Source: an uncultured Acidobacteriota bacterium (GTDB taxonomy: Bacteria; Acidobacteriota; Blastocatellia; RBC074). Taken from it: a DNA stretch of 64,000 nucleotides. How positions within the stretch are numbered: the stretch's first letter is position 1; the number at the start of each line of letters is the position of its first letter. Location of the stretch: positions 1,984,001-2,048,000 of the forward strand of contig CAWCKY010000006.1 of assembly GCA_963796275.1 (NCBI GenBank). The letters run 5' to 3'. The notes beneath the pieces are model-generated. The model was not told where the DNA came from. It saw only the letters and a list, made by a program, of their open reading frames with translations, and ran no database searches. A program made the position numbers and the translations under genes. This document shows positions 63,701 through 64,000 of this stretch, in pieces.

Positions 63701-64000
63701 CTCGCGCACTGTATTGTTGAGCGATACGTTCACCGCGGCTCTCAGGTAGGCCTTAAAACCGCTATGCGCAATCTTCAGGTCATAGACGCCAACCTGCAGA
63801 TCGCGAAATGCATAAGCGCCGTCCGCATCGGTGAGGACCTCACGCACTTGCCCCGTCGCTTTGTTGATTACTGTTACCTTGACCCCGGCGAGCACGGCGC
63901 CCGTCTGATCTGCTACTCTGCCGATCAACGTCCCGTAGAGCACCTGCGCATTGGACGCGGTAAAAAAGAGAACGATGAGAACTAGGTTTGATAATGTTAG
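60704..64000 (-). CDS. TonB-dependent receptor, Oar-like with CarboxypepD_reg domain; 5' end outside the window
   Basis: G.V.DQTGAV, KSGTNEFHGS, APRLGIAW, C-terminal RQFRFALKLSF. Confidence 0.93.
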   Translation of the reverse strand, partial: LTLSNLVLIVLFFTASNAQVLYGTLIGRVADQTGAVLAGVKVTVINKATGQVREVLTDADGAYAFRDLQVGVYDLKIAHSGFKAYLRAAVNVSLNNTVREDVSMEVGATSESVTVTTEAPILQTERADVSSQLDKAQITNLPIGAGRNFQQLYKLIPGAAPPADAHSDAGNPQRSLVTNFNGVSYSNNNTRLDGATVSYPWLPHIVAYVPPQDAVETVNIVTNSFDAEQGMAGGAAVNVQIKSGTNEFHGSAHEFHTNSRLKARPYFYDQPGALPKNIFNQLGGTFGGPIVKNKLFFFGSWERTMRRQNVSIFRTVPTVAMRQGDFRGTGALIYDPETGNADGSGRVLFPENRIPDGLIDPIAAKMIALIPLPNRTTASPTNNYLATGNYEFNRDNIDFKLNYNPTEKSTMFGRYSLSPSRIFDPPSLGAAGGDALAGGQPGNATGRVQSTAIGGTYTLTPSLLLDGNIGFTRQRLGAENIDIDQNYGLETLGIPGTNGPERFQGGYPRFTISGLSSIGNPNVSNPFLFRDNQYVAAGNLSWMRGAHNLRFGGEYSYYTINHFQPQTAFGPRGGFNFSGGLTSLRGGPAPTLYNGWADFLLGLPQSMGKDLQFNNPATVRMPGWGIYARDQWQVTRKLTLNFGTRYEIYPFARRDHRGADRYDPITDQVLIGGLGGTPENTGVDVGKGQLAPRLGIAWRVTEKTVIRMGYGISIDPNSFRHMRDAYPATISLQLSGATSLRAAGTLQAGLPAILSPDISAGSIALPANIGTQTFPQVFNRGYIQSFNLTVQRDIGWGFTAQAAYVGSRAIRQTANVNINAGELGGGNAGRALAKFGRIGNINVLMPFGTATYDSLQTQLTRRLNAGSQIGLSYTFSKAIGYADNSDSGMTFNSVSQWARNRAVTGFDRTHNLQIYSVYELPFGPGKRWAAGGPAARLSGGWQLNAIISTISGTPFTVTSSGTSLNAPGNTQTADQVLSDVKILGNVGPGQSYFEPGAFAPVTAVRYGTVGRNSMRGPRVFNMDASLFRNFKLTERFGLQFRTEIFNLTNTPAFNNPGANVSSPTRRADGSVIDLNGFTEITTAQSTERQFRFALKLSF

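Overview
This is bacterial chromosomal DNA, most likely from an acidobacterium. That assignment is inferred from an Acidobacteria-type PadR, a CRTAC1/ASPIC-UnbV protein and an Oar-like TonB-dependent receptor. The flanks (1-24.2 kb and 44.3-64 kb) carry mostly intact accessory metabolic genes: peptidases and hydrolases, two GNATs, two ArsR-SRPBCC modules, a four-carbon acid-sugar kinase plus pdxA-like pair, a LacI-controlled sugar ABC transporter with a GH172 (DUF2961) enzyme, and a TBDR. The centre (24.6-43.6 kb, minus strand) is a complete-order type 2 BREX/Pgl anti-phage locus: pglW-pglX-pglY-pglZ-brxD-brxHI. All six genes are broken into fragments by small indels. Most of pglX is replaced by about 3.25 kb of poly-A/poly-T, and its readable part contains an abrupt high-GC segment. 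These defects are best read as consensus/assembly failure over a strain-variable island rather than as biology. The most unexplained structure is a non-coding ~710-bp array of 36-38-bp units with a higher-order 187-bp period at 20.3-21.0 kb, preceded by a hairpin. I found no CRISPR array, rRNA, tRNA, integrase or transposase. All family assignments come from motif recognition, not database searches.
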